Source of the DNA: Sarea resinae
Lineage: Eukaryota
Direction of reading: 5' to 3'
Assembly: GCA_026026165.1 (NCBI GenBank)
Contig: JAPEUD010000002.1
Span: 372,001-436,000, forward strand
DNA length: 64,000 bases
Part shown: positions 12,487 to 26,000 of the stretch, piece after piece
Position numbering within the stretch: the first letter of the stretch is position 1
How the letters are laid out: every line of letters starts with the position of its first letter
Position numbers and translations under genes: made by a program
The notes under the pieces: model-generated
What the model was told of the DNA's origin: nothing
What the model saw: only the letters and a program-made list of their open reading frames with translations
Databases searched by the model: none

Positions 12487-13719
12487 CAAGGCGAGGCATT
12501 AGCTCTGGCCCTGGCCGTCGGAAAAGGCTCAAGGCGGAAGCAAGAGGCCAGAAGGGTGCATGGTGAGAGAAGTCGATGATCTATTGGATCTCAACTCGAT
12601 TCTTAAGGAGAACGAATAAAACGAAGGGAAGAAAACTGCGGTGCCAGGTGTTTATATAGGTACCCTATCTAAATTCGCCTGTCGTGGGTCACGTGGAAGA
12701 GCCGAATTATCTCTGTGGTCGGGTGTTCAGTACCTCCATTGTAGTCACTACTAAGCCCTCTGTACCAAACACCTAGGTCATTACCTAGGAGGTAGACAAT
12801 TCACCTCGTGGATTGTTCACAAGCGTGTTTAGACTCACTTCAAAACCACCTCCAACTACCTGCCTAGGGCCTCAAGTCCACTCCACCCCATTCTTAGTCC
12901 ACCTACCTCAAACTGGCTCATTTACAGGTCCAGAGGATCATTCGGGGTGTGGTTTTCATGCATAGGCACCTTCCGCTGCAGGGACTGGAGCTTTGGTATC
13001 ACCGCCAAATATTGGCCCTCTGACGCAAGATCATTTTTCGTTTCAATGTCATTCCTGGCCGGATATCTGTTTTATGCCTATCTCACTCTCTTCAATGTAC
13101 TCAGGGTAATACATCAATCTGTAGATCGGATTACTTGTGGAACTCTTTTCGGATTACTCCGTTGGTTATTGCCTTCGATTGCAATAGCACGACTCGGCCG
13201 CGATATGCTTCGCTATGGTTGAAGACAGCGGCTTTCTCTTGACTTTTTATTGGAATCTGAATGTTTGTTTGCGATCCGTGACTGCGCCATACTTATCCCC
13301 ATGGTCGGATGGTTGTTGTGTTTTCAAAGTCTGGTATGACAGACTCGCCCCCTCGTTATCCCAATATCCTGCATCGTGCTTTCCCCTTTCAGCGTGCCAA
13401 CTCAACATGCTACCAACTGATCGCTTAGGTGATCATGAGAGTGTCCTATTCCTCGTTGCTATTGCTACGCGTTCATTTCCTCCGTTTCTCTCTCCAAGAC
13501 ACGCCGAGTTGCAACTCCATGGGACTTCATTTCACTGTCATTACAAGCAGAGCTTCGACGGTCCGTCACATACATGCTTTTTCCCCCTGGCTGGGACCCG
13601 GTTGATCTTATATCCAACAATCAGAGGCCATCCATCGCTTGCGCGGTATTTGTGTTTGTCTACCTCTCTCTTGCAAACCTGATACACGCCTTTCTGGCCA
13701 TCATATATCTGAATCGTAC

Positions 13720-16367
13720 ATGAATCACCACAAGACTTCAAGGTTTCCCAGCTCAGCAGAGTCTCCTCCCCCTCACTCCGCCTTTTCCAGAATACCGCCT
13801 CTCCCCACCTATTCACAGCACTCCCGTCTCCAGATGCTAAGCACAACTCCTTCTCACGACTCGAGCCTTGTTCCGTCCAATTGTCTGCATATCGGCCAGC
13901 ACTACACTCAATTGCTGCAGACAAGTAGCGAGAGGACAGAAGTTCAGAAAAAGGAGACGACTGAGGTAGTGGTTCTATCCCGTCATCTCCGCCTCAAGAC
14001 GTTCATCATTATTTCAATCACCAGTATTGGTTTCATTTCTTGCAGCTTTATCTATGCAGCAGTCAAAACGCACCACCCGTACTACAAGAAGCACAAACCG
14101 CCAAAAGTTTTTGATGCGGTAAGCCTATCTTGCCTTCTGGAGGGAACCATGATGATTGTAGGTCACGATCTAACTCTGCACCGTTTGGCAGTTTGACGAA
14201 CACTTCGTAGAAGCCCTTGTGGCTTTACTCGGTGTCGGGCTTCTGTACGTCATTTGCTTTCTATGGAGAAGAACCCAATTCTTCAAATGGTTGTCACGGC
14301 CTTTATTCAGGATAGGATCGTTGATCGCACAAGCTTACATATGGGATTTCCTTTGGCTGGTCTTTTGGCTGATGCTTTTACTGGTCGTAAAACCGCTTTT
14401 TGCGCGGATGTCCAGAACCCGGCCGTTCGTATGGTTGTCCGCTTTGTTGCTCAAGACAAAGCCCTTAGTCACACCATTGGTCAGTTGCCTGACTAAGATG
14501 CGTTTGCGGTTCTTCAAATCGTTATTCGATGCGTGGTTGCGCTTACGAGGGTGGGCATGCTTTGAGCTATCAGAGTTCTTTCAACGAATATCTGCTACAC
14601 AATCAAAAGCCCACAAGTGTCTATCAGCTATGCGGTTGAGCTTCTGCGAACCAGTATCCGCTACACGTTTAAGGTTTTTCAAACACCTCTCCTATACGTG
14701 CAGCGGGCTCTTCGAGTCGGTATCCAGAAGTTGCATAGCCTTCTATAAAGTGATTACCAAAAGGTGGTTGCGATTGTCCCAACGCATGCCCTTGCTTCTC
14801 GGATGGGGGCTCTTTATTTGGGAGTTGGCGATGGAATTAGACAAATGGTGCAAGCAAGTCAAACGCCGACTCCACCGGACGCGAATAGACGTCGCATTCT
14901 ACCCGTCTAGACACTACGAGTTCCCATTATCTGCTTCGGTCCTGGAACGTTATGGATTTGCCACCCCTAATGATGGTACCAGTCTTCAGGGTATGCATAA
15001 TGGTCTCATGACCGACCCCGGCTGGTGTCCTTATGCACCGACCACTGGTAAGTCCCCTTTGATCTGATTCATTTCAACCTCTACCTAACAGCAATAAACC
15101 AGGCATCTCAGACAACAGTAGTAGTCAGAAAAGGCCCGTCATAGTCTTGACAGATAAGAATTGCAACAAGAACGCTTTAGTATTGAAATTGCAGAAGAGT
15201 GGCCGCGAATATTTCGTCGAGGGCGTAAACGGCGAAATTCGCACAATTCCTCCCGGGCCTGCAAAGAAGTTCTCAATGGCTAGAATTGATGATGCTAAGA
15301 CCGCAGTAAGGCCGACTCCAGCGGATGGACGCAGCAGTAAACGCGCCACTCGTCCGCCGTCCCCAAAAGATAGTAGTTCTACCTCAGAGAACAGTGCCCC
15401 CGCCCCGCCAGGAGACCATCCACCTGCACCCCCGGGCGGTAGTTCGTCGACTCCTGGGGACAATGATCCAGCGAACGCCCCAGGAGATTGTCCACCGTCT
15501 CCACCAGGAGACTTTCTACTGACCCCTCCCGGCGATATTTCCACTCTTGAGGGCAATGACCCAGCGAATGCCCCAACAGATCACCCACCCACTCCACCAG
15601 AAGACGGTCCACTGACCCCTTCGGCCGATAATTCACCGGACCCCACGAGCGACAATTCATCTCACTCTCCGGACGGCAAACCACTAGTTTCCTCAGATGA
15701 TCGTCCACCGAGCTCCTCAGGCCGCAAGGCACCAATCTCTCCTTGCGATAGGTCATGTAGCTCATCTAAGCAGGCATTGTCGTCCACGCTCTGGTCTACT
15801 ATTTCTCTAGGCCAATTGTTTGGTGACTCTAGCCCTCCACAGTCCTCAGGAGATAGTCCCCTCACCTCAGAGGATAGCCAATATCCCTTGGAAGATAATG
15901 CTTCCACTTCGGGGTGTAAGTCAGCATCTTTCAAGCGCTGCTTTGATATCTCGATAAGCCAGCGCTCTGAAATCCTCACTCATTCAGAGATCTCAGAAGA
16001 GAGTCCGCTGGTCCCAGGGAATTGTCCATACAGCTCCATGAGCAGGCCATCATTCTCTAAGTCCTGGTCTACAATTTCTACAAGTTACCTCGACTATTTC
16101 ACTCATCCTTTTCTCTCAGGTGATACTCCACTGAGCCTAGAGGATAGCCAGTCTGACTCAGGGGATAACATTTCCAGCTCAGGAAACAGTCTAGATAATC
16201 TATCTACCTCGGCGTGTAAGACAGCACTGTTCAAATCTAGGTCTACTCTTCTCAAAAGCCGGTGGTTTGATTACTTTACTCATCCGCAAATCCCGGGAGT
16301 TGGTCCTTTTTCTTCGGAGCTTTTTGACCCCATAGAAGATCGACATTACAGAGTTTTGACTTTATAG
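13720..16367 (+). CDS. Orphan membrane protein (~840 aa) with 11-mer repeats and a Pro/Ser-rich repetitive tail, 3 exons
   Basis: Three track ORFs (13639-14196, 14219-15067, 15147-16367) join in frame through two canonical introns, 14119-14191 (GTAAGC..CTAAC..CAG) and 15049-15102 (GTAAGT..CTAAC..CAG). No family motif recognised; start uncertain. Confidence 0.6.
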
Positions 16368-16413
16368 CTCTTTGATTTTCAGGCCGGCGTCATTGCATCT
16401 GCTCTGGATATCT

Positions 16414-17776
16414 TCATCTAGCGCCGCTTTTGGAAAGAATATTTGCAATTCTTCTTTGTGGGGGAGCAGCTCTCACTTCCCCTATCGACGACTCATCGGA
16501 TGTACTGACGGGACTGCTACTCTCGGCGTCGGGCTCACCCCAAGAGCTACCAGAATCATGCTGTTCTCCAATTCTATTTTCAACTGGAACAGCCGAGGCA
16601 TTCGTGGGGCGGGCAGTGCCTAGAGGCTGCTGAGGCGGTGGAAGGGGTGGCTTGGGAGGATCAGCTTGCGACCGTAGTTTGAGAGCTCTTTCACTGCTGC
16701 GTCTTATCTCTTCTTGTTCCGCTCTTTCCTTCTGCTCGACTCTTTTCCAATTTGGCTGGCTTGGGCTACCTAGTCGCTCCGGCATGTTAGCGGCATTTGG
16801 ATCGTCTTGCGATCCAATATCATCTCCTTCACTTGTCGAGCTACCAGTATCTGTCTCTTGTGGTAGACGAGGTGCAGCATGCACTTCCTCTCTTTCTTTC
16901 CCTTTCCAATTTGCCTGTCGATCGCTTCTATTGTCTGCAAGGTCAATACTGTCCCTCTCAGCTAAGACTTTCTGAATTTCATTAGTTACCCTTTCCTCAA
17001 TATACCTTTCCAAGACAGGGTCTACTGGGTGTGATAAACCACTACCATTCTGGTGTACTATGCCTTTCGAAGCCACTCGACCGTTCTTCTTCGTGATTTT
17101 CTTCCGCTGCTGTCCCTTGGGCTGGATGCTACCTTTTGGCCTTACTCTTGATTCGGAGGGGCCAGCTCTATCGTCAGGATACTCGATAATATCATGTAGA
17201 GGATCAGGTGCGACCTGGACAACAGGCGCTGCTCTTATTCCTCGTTCCTCTACCAATGGTCTCTCGCTATTAGTTTCCACCGGATGCCCCGCCGGGCCAT
17301 CAGTGGCATCACCATTGCGCTCAATGTTGCTCTCTTCCTTTTTTGCTTTCGCCGGGTGATCTTCCAATCCGCGCTCTAAGTCGGCAATCTCATCACGGAT
17401 CTCCTGGACTAATTCCTTGCCCAGCTGACCGTATCCTGTTTTTGCCAAGAGCTTCTCCAGCTTCTGCATTATTCGTAGACGATTCCGATACCAGTGGCCC
17501 AAGCGGGGTTTAACCTTTTCATTATGCAAGCGATAAAGAAGGGGAAGCAGGCGATTTGGGACCTGTAAAGAGGCACACGGCGTTATTCCAGTTCAGCAGA
17601 CATCAGTGGGCATTGATGACTGCTAGGAAGAAGTCTGCCAAAGACATACTCACACGGTTGGATGCGAGAGCTCTGTCGAGCTTGCGACACCAGTGGCACA
17701 TTTCTGGATGTAGGATAGAGTGAGGAGCTGGAAGGTAGTCCTGTCCGCCGAGAGAGTAGTGAGGTAAAGAAGGCAT
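16414..17776 (-). CDS. Orphan protein (~420 aa) with an N-terminal CxxC, a helical segment and a disordered C-terminus, 2 exons
   Basis: Exon 1 MPSLPHYSLGGQDYLPAPHSILHPEMCHWCRKLDRALASNR (ATG 17776) splices via intron 17653-17563 (GTGAGT..TTACAG) in frame into the 16414-17529 ORF (VPNRLLPLLYRLHNEKVK...). Confidence 0.6.
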
Positions 17777-20718
17777 GAAGAAAGTTAACGATGCTAGCTT
17801 GCCTATAATTCAAGCTCAGTTTTATTGGAATAAATATGTGTGAATGCCTGAAACACGATCTATCACAAAAGGTCTACGGGTTTGTTTGTGTTTCACGAAT
17901 GTAATGTCATCGAGGGAACCGCCCTGCAGTGAATTTAAAACGGCTTCGAACACAACGATCAAGTTACTCAAAAATGGAATTGTAAAAAATTGGAAGTGGC
18001 AGCAGCTGGACTCGAACGTCCGACCTTCACGCACTCCTCCAAGTCTCCAAAAAGATGGGATTTTGGTACAGATGGAGGGAAGCAAAAGCTCGGGCTGCTC
18101 TGTTCAGAGCAGCCCTACGGAACGCCCACACAAGGTGTTTACTCATTGGCAATGTGGCCAGTAGTGAAAGGGGATCTCATATCATTATGTCGGAAATTGC
18201 AGCGGTAATTTATAGACGGGGCGCCCTACTTCACTTCTCCGTCTAGTCTTCAAATACTGCGACGGGTCATGGCGTATGTAGGGGCGTGCCTATATAGGAC
18301 AGCCTGCTGTTCACATCGTATCGAAATCATCAAGCGCGATAGTCATTTGTTACTTTGTAGCAGGAGTGCGTTAATACCATTACGCCATACAACCTTTCGT
18401 TAGGATATGTAGGCGTTCACTTCGTTATGTAGGAGCTGTCATATTCACTATAGGTAGGACACTGTTTGGACATCGCTGAGATTCGGGAGTTCCCTATATA
18501 CTGACCATCCGATGTGATCATGAACACCGAGGGCACTACGTGTCTTGCTTCAGGCCTTCGCAGTCTCACACACTATCGAAGATCATATAGTAAGGTAGGA
18601 AATAAAGTCATGAGATCGACTATGAGCATGTCGCATTGGGACAGGCAAGCAGCCGCATTGAAATCACTACAACCATAGCGATGCATCGCGAACTCCGACA
18701 TTCGGTATATATCTAATTATTACTACGATATAAATCTCACAGCCTCATCACGGGTGGCAGAATGAGTAACGCAAGATTTCCCCTTTCGCGATATCAACAG
18801 CGAAAGGAGACGACAATCAAAGCGACCCTGAGACCGTGCCCAAAATGGGGTTCGACACTTCAGCACCGAAGCAGCTGTTCCTGACCGCTAGACAAGCATC
18901 CGTTGGATCAGTTCCCCGTACCTTCCCCAAGAAGGAATCCCAGCATCGATCCCCGGATCAGCGAGGAGATCGACATCTCTGGAGCCAATCGCGGGCCTGA
19001 GCGGGAGGCCGATGATTCTCGGTGCCTGGAAACGTGGTAAAAAGCAATGAGCAGATATCAAAGGCAACGCGAAGAAGCAATGAAAGGGGAAAATGCAATG
19101 CATCTTCGATCGTCACAGGCAAGCAGGGCGTATGCGTTATTATTGTTATCGATACGGTGACCGGCAGGCGTCAAGATAGATGTTCCCCCCATCATCTGAG
19201 TCTTCCATCGGTCAGCCGCCAGCTGTCAATCGATCAGCCTCCATACCTCTCACCGACAGACACGCAAGAACCTGCAATTGCTGTCCCGCTGTTTGGACTA
19301 CAGTCGACCGATCTACATGGTGAGTCTTGCTCTCCTCAGACCGCTGCTTCGTTGGACTAAGTCGATCGGCGCAGTGGTCGTTGCATCTTGTATCCGTTCT
19401 CCATAGACCTTGTCCCGTATAGATTAGATTCGAATCATCCGTCCACCGCCCATCGGCCAGGAAAAGAAGGACGAGAAGAGAAGGATGTCTAGCTATCTGG
19501 CCAGTTCCCGGGTGGCCTCTCTGGGCGATGTGAGTATATGCATGGTCTTCTTCGCGCGTTTTGCTCCTATCTGCACCGCATCGCACATGCACCCACCCCC
19601 TTCACCGTCTCTCCTCTGCATTTCTTCTTCCGCTTGACAGGGGAAGAAGACGAACAAGACGATCGGAACGATATATGTTGGCTGGGGGGGTCCCGAGAGG
19701 AGGCGCCGTCACCAAGTCATCTGCTCCGTGTGCAGCTGGCTTCTGAAGCTTCCCGGAGCCCTACTGCGCTGCGTTGCTCTCGCCTCTCGGTCGTCGGCAA
19801 GCCAGCCCAGGATCGCCAGGAACACGAATTCGATTCTCGCCTCTCGTCCGAACAAAGGTCTACGCAGTACCAGGTCTACCGAACGGGTACTGTATGATGT
19901 CTTAAAAAGCACGCGACATCACTCCACTCGAGTTATTCCGAGGCAAAGTGCGGACCTTGCTCCTAGTCCTCTCCACGTATCATCATAGCCCACCCGAATT
20001 ACCCCGTACCGGCATTCTGTTGGGTCCTGACCGCGATACCTAAAGAGGATACTTTAGCCAAATTCTGCGGTGCGGAGGCGGTGAATCTTGTTTGGGTAGG
20101 CGGGGCGGGGCCCCTCTGCCGTCTTTGCGGAGAGCACCAAAATTCCTAAAATTGGCTTGAAGTTGGCCTGCAAATTCGGCCTGACTTCGAGGTCTCGTGC
20201 TGTTCTCCTGGACCAGATCCAGAGGACGAAATTGTCTTAAAAGACGTCGACTTCAATTCTACAATTCAATTGAAGGGCACCATTGGAAATCTACTGCGGG
20301 GCTGGCCTACGTCGACTTGCCCCCCACCTAGAATATCGAGATCTCACGGATGTGGACGGAGTAGCGCACTCAAAAGCCCAGACCCTTGTGTCACTATCGC
20401 CGTTTCTTGTCGTGTATCGTCCTATCAAGACCACCTTGTTCCGATTGCCGGTGATTCCCCGCGTTCAATCTACAATCACATCAGCGGACCGACATACATC
20501 AACGACGTTCTTGTTTTGGTCCCGTCATAGGATCACGATAGTTACTTGCTCTGGATGAGACGCAGTAATACAACTTCCCAATCGAGATCGGAGGCCGATC
20601 GAGATACCGACTGACCGCGATCGACATATTGTCACTCTTGTCTATTAAATGCTTCTTTGGCCTTGAACATACTCCTCTCTAAATTCTTTTTGACTTCACA
20701 ACATCACTTCACTTCATA

Positions 20719-22133
20719 ATGCCTAAAATTTATAATGGAGGTACTCATCTGTTTGGTGTCCAGGCTGATGACATACGCATCTGCGTCGTCATGGTAGGGC
20801 TTCCTGCCCGCGGCAAGAGTTTCATTTGCCAGAAAGGTATGCACCCTACTCACTACACTGGCATATTGCTAATGAACTCAGCCGTTCGTTATCTCGGCTG
20901 GCGTGACATCCCAGCCAAAGTCTTCAATGTCGGCAACTATCGCCGTGCCGATACCCCCAAGCCTACGGCCGAGTTCTTTGATTATCACAATGCAGAGGGG
21001 GAACGTCTACGTCGTGCAGCCGCCGAAGCTGCTATCGCGGATATGATACAGTGGTTTGACGATGGCCAAGGTATCATCGCTTTTCTAGATGCTACCAATT
21101 CGACCAAGGATCGCCGTCGATGGATCTTTGAACGATGTGTGGCCGAAGGGATCGACGTCATATTTGTGGAGTCGAAGTGTGATGACGAAGAGTTGATCAT
21201 GAATAACATTCTTGATGTCAAAACCTCCTCACCCGACTATGTTGGCTTGGATCCAGAACTCGCTGCTCAGGATTTCCGTAAACGTATCCGCAACTATGAG
21301 AAGGTTTACGAGACAATCGACGAAGACGAGAAAGACTTGACCTACGTCAAATTGATCAATGTTGGCTCTCAGACCATTATCAATCGCGTCCATGACTATC
21401 TTCAAAGTCGCATTGTTTACTATCTGATGAATCTTCACATCAAGCCACGACATATCTGGCTCTCTCGGGTAAGCTATCTGCGCGACATGGGAGGAACCCT
21501 ACTGATACAGTACAGCACGGAGAATCCCAGTATAACCTCGAAGGCAAGATTGGAGGAGATGCAGACCTATCCGAGAGAGGAGAAGCATACGCAGAAGCTC
21601 TTCCCGATGTCATCCGACAATCGATCGCCCCTGGCCAGAAGCTGACCGTCTGGACCTCGACTCTCAAGCGCACTATCCAAACAGCTCGCTACCTCCGCCC
21701 CGAGCATGGCCGCCAACTTCCCTGGAAAGCCCTCGATGAGCTCGACTCCGGTGTCTGTGACGGCCTGACCTATGAAGAAATCGAAGCGAAGTATCCGGAG
21801 GACTTCAAAGCGCGTGACGACGACAAATACAACTATCGATATCGTGGCGGAGAATCTTACCGCGATGTTGTTGTGCGGCTCGAACCGATTATCATGGAAC
21901 TCGAGCGTACAGAGGACATCTTGATCGTCACACATCAGGCCATCTTGCGCTGCATCTACGCGTATTTCATGAACGTGCCCCAAGAGCGCTCACCTTGGAT
22001 GGAGGTCCCACTTCACACTGTTATCAAGCTTACACCGAAGGCTTATAACACGATCGAAGAACGCTTCAGCGCACACATTCCGGCTGTCAGCACTTTCCGC
22101 GAGAAAGGTACGGCAGCTAAGCATCAACAGTAG
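20719..22133 (+). CDS. FBP26: 6-phosphofructo-2-kinase/fructose-2,6-bisphosphatase
   Basis: Kinase P-loop VMVGLPARGKS, VFNVGNYRR, DATNST; phosphatase WLSR|HGES split by intron 21469-21515; RYRGGESYRD, VTHQAILRC, EVPLHT. Intron 1 at 20837-20881. Confidence 0.93.
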
Positions 22134-23060
22134 GCAGCTTCTCGACCTACTACGATACTTATGATGCCACGGCCAGCCAGCGAGCTTACGACATTTCATT
22201 TTCCCATTCCGTCTTAAGTCATGGTCTCTTCTCCGACTTCGATCTGTACATATATCGATACTTCTCTTCGCTCCTAAGCCTATCCTAAGAGGATGACCAA
22301 CATTTTTCCTTCGTCCTGTTGGCTACAGCACTCAGTCTCGGCTTCACTTACTCTGCATAGCACCGGCGCTGGCGCACGAACTTTCTCTAATCCCCATCTT
22401 AAGTCTTCATCCGTCTTTTCAAGTGCACACCCTCTACTCTGGTTATCATGTCCTGTCATGTTCTCTGGGGTAATTGGCTGGTATGGATCAGAAATGGAAG
22501 GAAGTAAGAGAACGGACATGTCCCCAATCATCAACCCAATAATGTCTATACCCCCTACTCAAGTCTCTGCGGCTTGTATGAAGATTGTAACGATCTGTCT
22601 TTCAGATTGTACAGCCAAATTCTTAGCTAAAAAAATAGAAACATTTGAAAATGATTGGACTGCTGTGAAATTGTGACAAATGATACCGTAGGTTGCCATC
22701 GTCCAAACCAGACTGCAGATCTGGATTTTGCTGGTTAGCAGTCGCCAATATGAGACATCGAATCTTGATATTGATATCGATTGAGACTGAAGTCTTATTG
22801 AAGGAAGGGCATGATGGTGTTCTTCATCAGATGAATATGATTGAAGTTGAGGCGATTGCTGCCGGTAGTTGCAATGACGGAGCGGCACGCGTGTAAGCGA
22901 GCAACGCCTTCCCCTTTGGGAATTTTGAGATGATCCATGAGCGAGCTCGCGCTGGACATCAACAATCGCCAAGGAGCTCCAACATCAAAACATGTCCACA
23001 CCCTCACAACCGGTCTTGTGAGGACTGCTTTCGACTGCCTGTTGTTGGTGATCATCCAAC

Positions 23061-26000
23061 ATGGCTGGCTCCCTGTCACCTTTCAAGGTCGGTCAGACCG
23101 TCGAGTTACAGGACGGACGAATAGCAAAGGTTCGATTCATTGGGAGCACCCTGTTTGCAACAGGAGATTGGGTCGGGGTTGAGCTTGATGATCTGTCGGG
23201 CAAGAACGATGGAGCAGTCCAAGGAGAGAGATATTTCGATTGCGAACTGGGTCGTGGCATGTTCGTCCGGCCGGCCGTTGCGAAAGTGATTGAGCAGCCA
23301 GCGCCTAAAGTCACAAAAGCACCCGCGATCAAAGGCAGGCCCCAGAGCGGGGTTGTCCCTGGATTAAAGAGGCAGAGTACACAGGATGCTACTGCACGAA
23401 GACAGACCATAAATGCGGGCAGTCCGACTCCTATGGGGAAGCCGCCTGTGCCCAGGGGTTTGAGGGTAGGCCTGACATCCGTAAAGCGAAGCCAGAAACT
23501 GATCTTTCCCAGTCTCCCACAAAGTCTCCTACGAAGCAAATGAACGTGAAAGCCGCTACTCCCGCTGGTCGACCTACGACCGTGCCTCCTCGGCCTCGGC
23601 CCAGCATAACTCGAACACCAATGGCGCCTCCGCCTGCTCCTTCCGCGGGCGCTCGAACCGCTCGACAACCTGTGGCTGGACGTCCGAATGGTAGTGCGGT
23701 CCGATCGGCCGTCAATCGACTATCTCTACGCCCAGAGCCCATAAAGAGAGTCAGCTCGCTCAGTGGAACTAGTCAAGGAAGTGATACCAGCGGACAGGAA
23801 GAGAAGTCTCGGTCGCCATCTAGCGGGACTCCTGATGGCCCACAGCGAAAGTCAGGCAGCCCTCTTACTTGGGGTGTAGCTTCTCGAACAGTTTCTTCTA
23901 CGCTCTCGCAGAAGTCGGCCTCAACCACTGCCACCAGAGAGGTCGAAGATCTCAAGACCAAGCTTAGGATGATGGAAAAGAAGCGGATGGAAGATAGAGA
24001 AAAGCTGAAGGCCTTGGAGAGGATTCAGGGAGAACGAGACAAATTTGAGATGATTATTCAAAAGCTGCAAGCCAAGTATCATCCCCAGCAGCAAGAGATT
24101 ACCGACTTGAGGAAAGAACTAAAGGAATCGCAAGCTAGACTTGAGGACATGGAAACTGAGCAGGCGGACCACGAAATTGCCTTAGAAATGGCGACTTTGG
24201 ATAGAGAGATGGCCGAGGAGACGGCCGAAGTCTACAAGACTGAACTAGATGCGTTGAAGCAAAAGTCTGAGGAGCTAGAATTGGAGGTGGAAGTGTTGAG
24301 AGAGGAAAATCAAGAACTGGGGCAGGAGATGAGCACAGAGGAAAGGACCAGCCAGGGATGGCTGCAAATGGAGAGGACCAACGAAAGGTTGAGAGAGGCC
24401 TTACTTCGACTAAGGGACATGACCCAACAACAGGAGGGAGAGCTTAGAGATCAGATCAAGAGTCTCGAAGAAGACGTACAGGAGCTTGGGGGTGTCAAGG
24501 AGCAGTACGAAGTTACGAAGGAGAAGCTGCAGCAGTCTGATGCTGGTATTGAAGATCTCAGGCAGCAACTCGACACAGCACTTGGTGCGGAAGAAATGAT
24601 CGAGGAGCTCACGGATAAGAATTTGGCTCTGAATGAAGAAATGGAAGAGCTCCGGGCTACAATCGAAGATCTAGAGAGCCTCAAGGAGCTTAATGACGAG
24701 CTTGAGATAAACCACGTCGAGACCGAAAAGCAGATGCAGGAGGAAATCGACTATAAGAACTCTCTTATCAACGACCACTCTCGCCGCGCCGCTCAGCAAG
24801 AAGAAGCCATGGAAGATTACGAGTACACCATCGCCCGGTTCAGAGAACTGGTCACGAATCTCCAGAGTGACCTTGAGGATATGAGAGCATCTCAACAAAT
24901 CACCGAAACGGAAGCTGAAGAGCTTACCAACAGATCTCGCGCCATGATGGACCTCAATATGAAATTACAGCTTTCGGCATCGAAGACTCAAGTCAAAACC
25001 ATTGACCTTGAGCTACGAAGACTCGAAGCCCAAGAGGCGTCAGAGCATCTTGCTATTGTGCAGCTATTCCTACCTGAAGCTTTCCACACCGAACGTGATT
25101 CTGTTTTGGCTCTGCTACGCTTCAAACGAGTTGGTTTCAAATCGAACCTTCTTCATGGCTTTGTCAAAGAGCGCGTTTCTGGACAAGCTCTTCCGGGACA
25201 CGAAGACGACGTCTTTTCTGGCTGCGATGTTTTGGATAAGCTTACTTGGGTATCGGCAATGTGTAATCGGTTCGTCAACTACATCAGTACTTGCTCGGTG
25301 GATGATTTTGCCCGATTCGAAGGTGCTCTTTATGATCTGGAGCCAGTCGAGCGTGCAATGAATGGTTGGATAGATGGCTTGAGAAGGGACGAAATGAAAG
25401 AGAAACAGTGTGCTGTGGAATTGCAGCGGTAGGTATTCCAAACCCCAAGCATGATCACAACTGATGATTACAGGACAATGGCTCTCATGTCACATCTCGC
25501 AGAGATTCATCTGTCAGACAGTCTTGAGAGTTTCGCTGATGATGTCCTCATGCGCACGCTCTTGATGCAGAGCCATCTTGAGAATACTGCAGCGGCTCTG
25601 TCCCACGCCAAAATCATGGTCCAATCTAAAGTGTCGTCCGACGAGGAGATCTCCCATCACTTCGCCCAAAAGATTGAATCCGTGGTTTCACATTCTCGCA
25701 GTGCAAAGGTTGTTGTGGGAAAGACTATCCGGTCACTGGAAGAGCTCAAGGCGCGGTCTCTTTCTCTGACTACGGATACCATTCTGTCTTTTGAACACGC
25801 TGAGAATGGGACCAGAGAGCTTGCATCCTATACTATTCAACTTAGTGAGGATCTCTTTGCTTTGCTAAACGAAGAGGGCAGGACGGAGCCTTTTACATTT
25901 GGAGATGTGCAATCCGTCATTGCCAAGACAACGGAATCTGTTTTCCAGACTCAAGAGGGTGACATTCTTGCAGCTTTGAGCAACAAGCTACGTTCTTTGA

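Noticed and set aside
18775..18835. CAGCGAAAGG plus CTGAGA resembling a fungal TPP riboswitch
   Set aside because: The elements are in the wrong order, the TGAT..GGATAAT core is missing and no thiamine gene is adjacent. It is explained by a simple 8-bp hairpin (18782-18789/18800-18807).
22280..22972. Short ORFs between FBP26 and dynactin
   Set aside because: No motifs or coherent splice structure; more likely UTR and promoter sequence.
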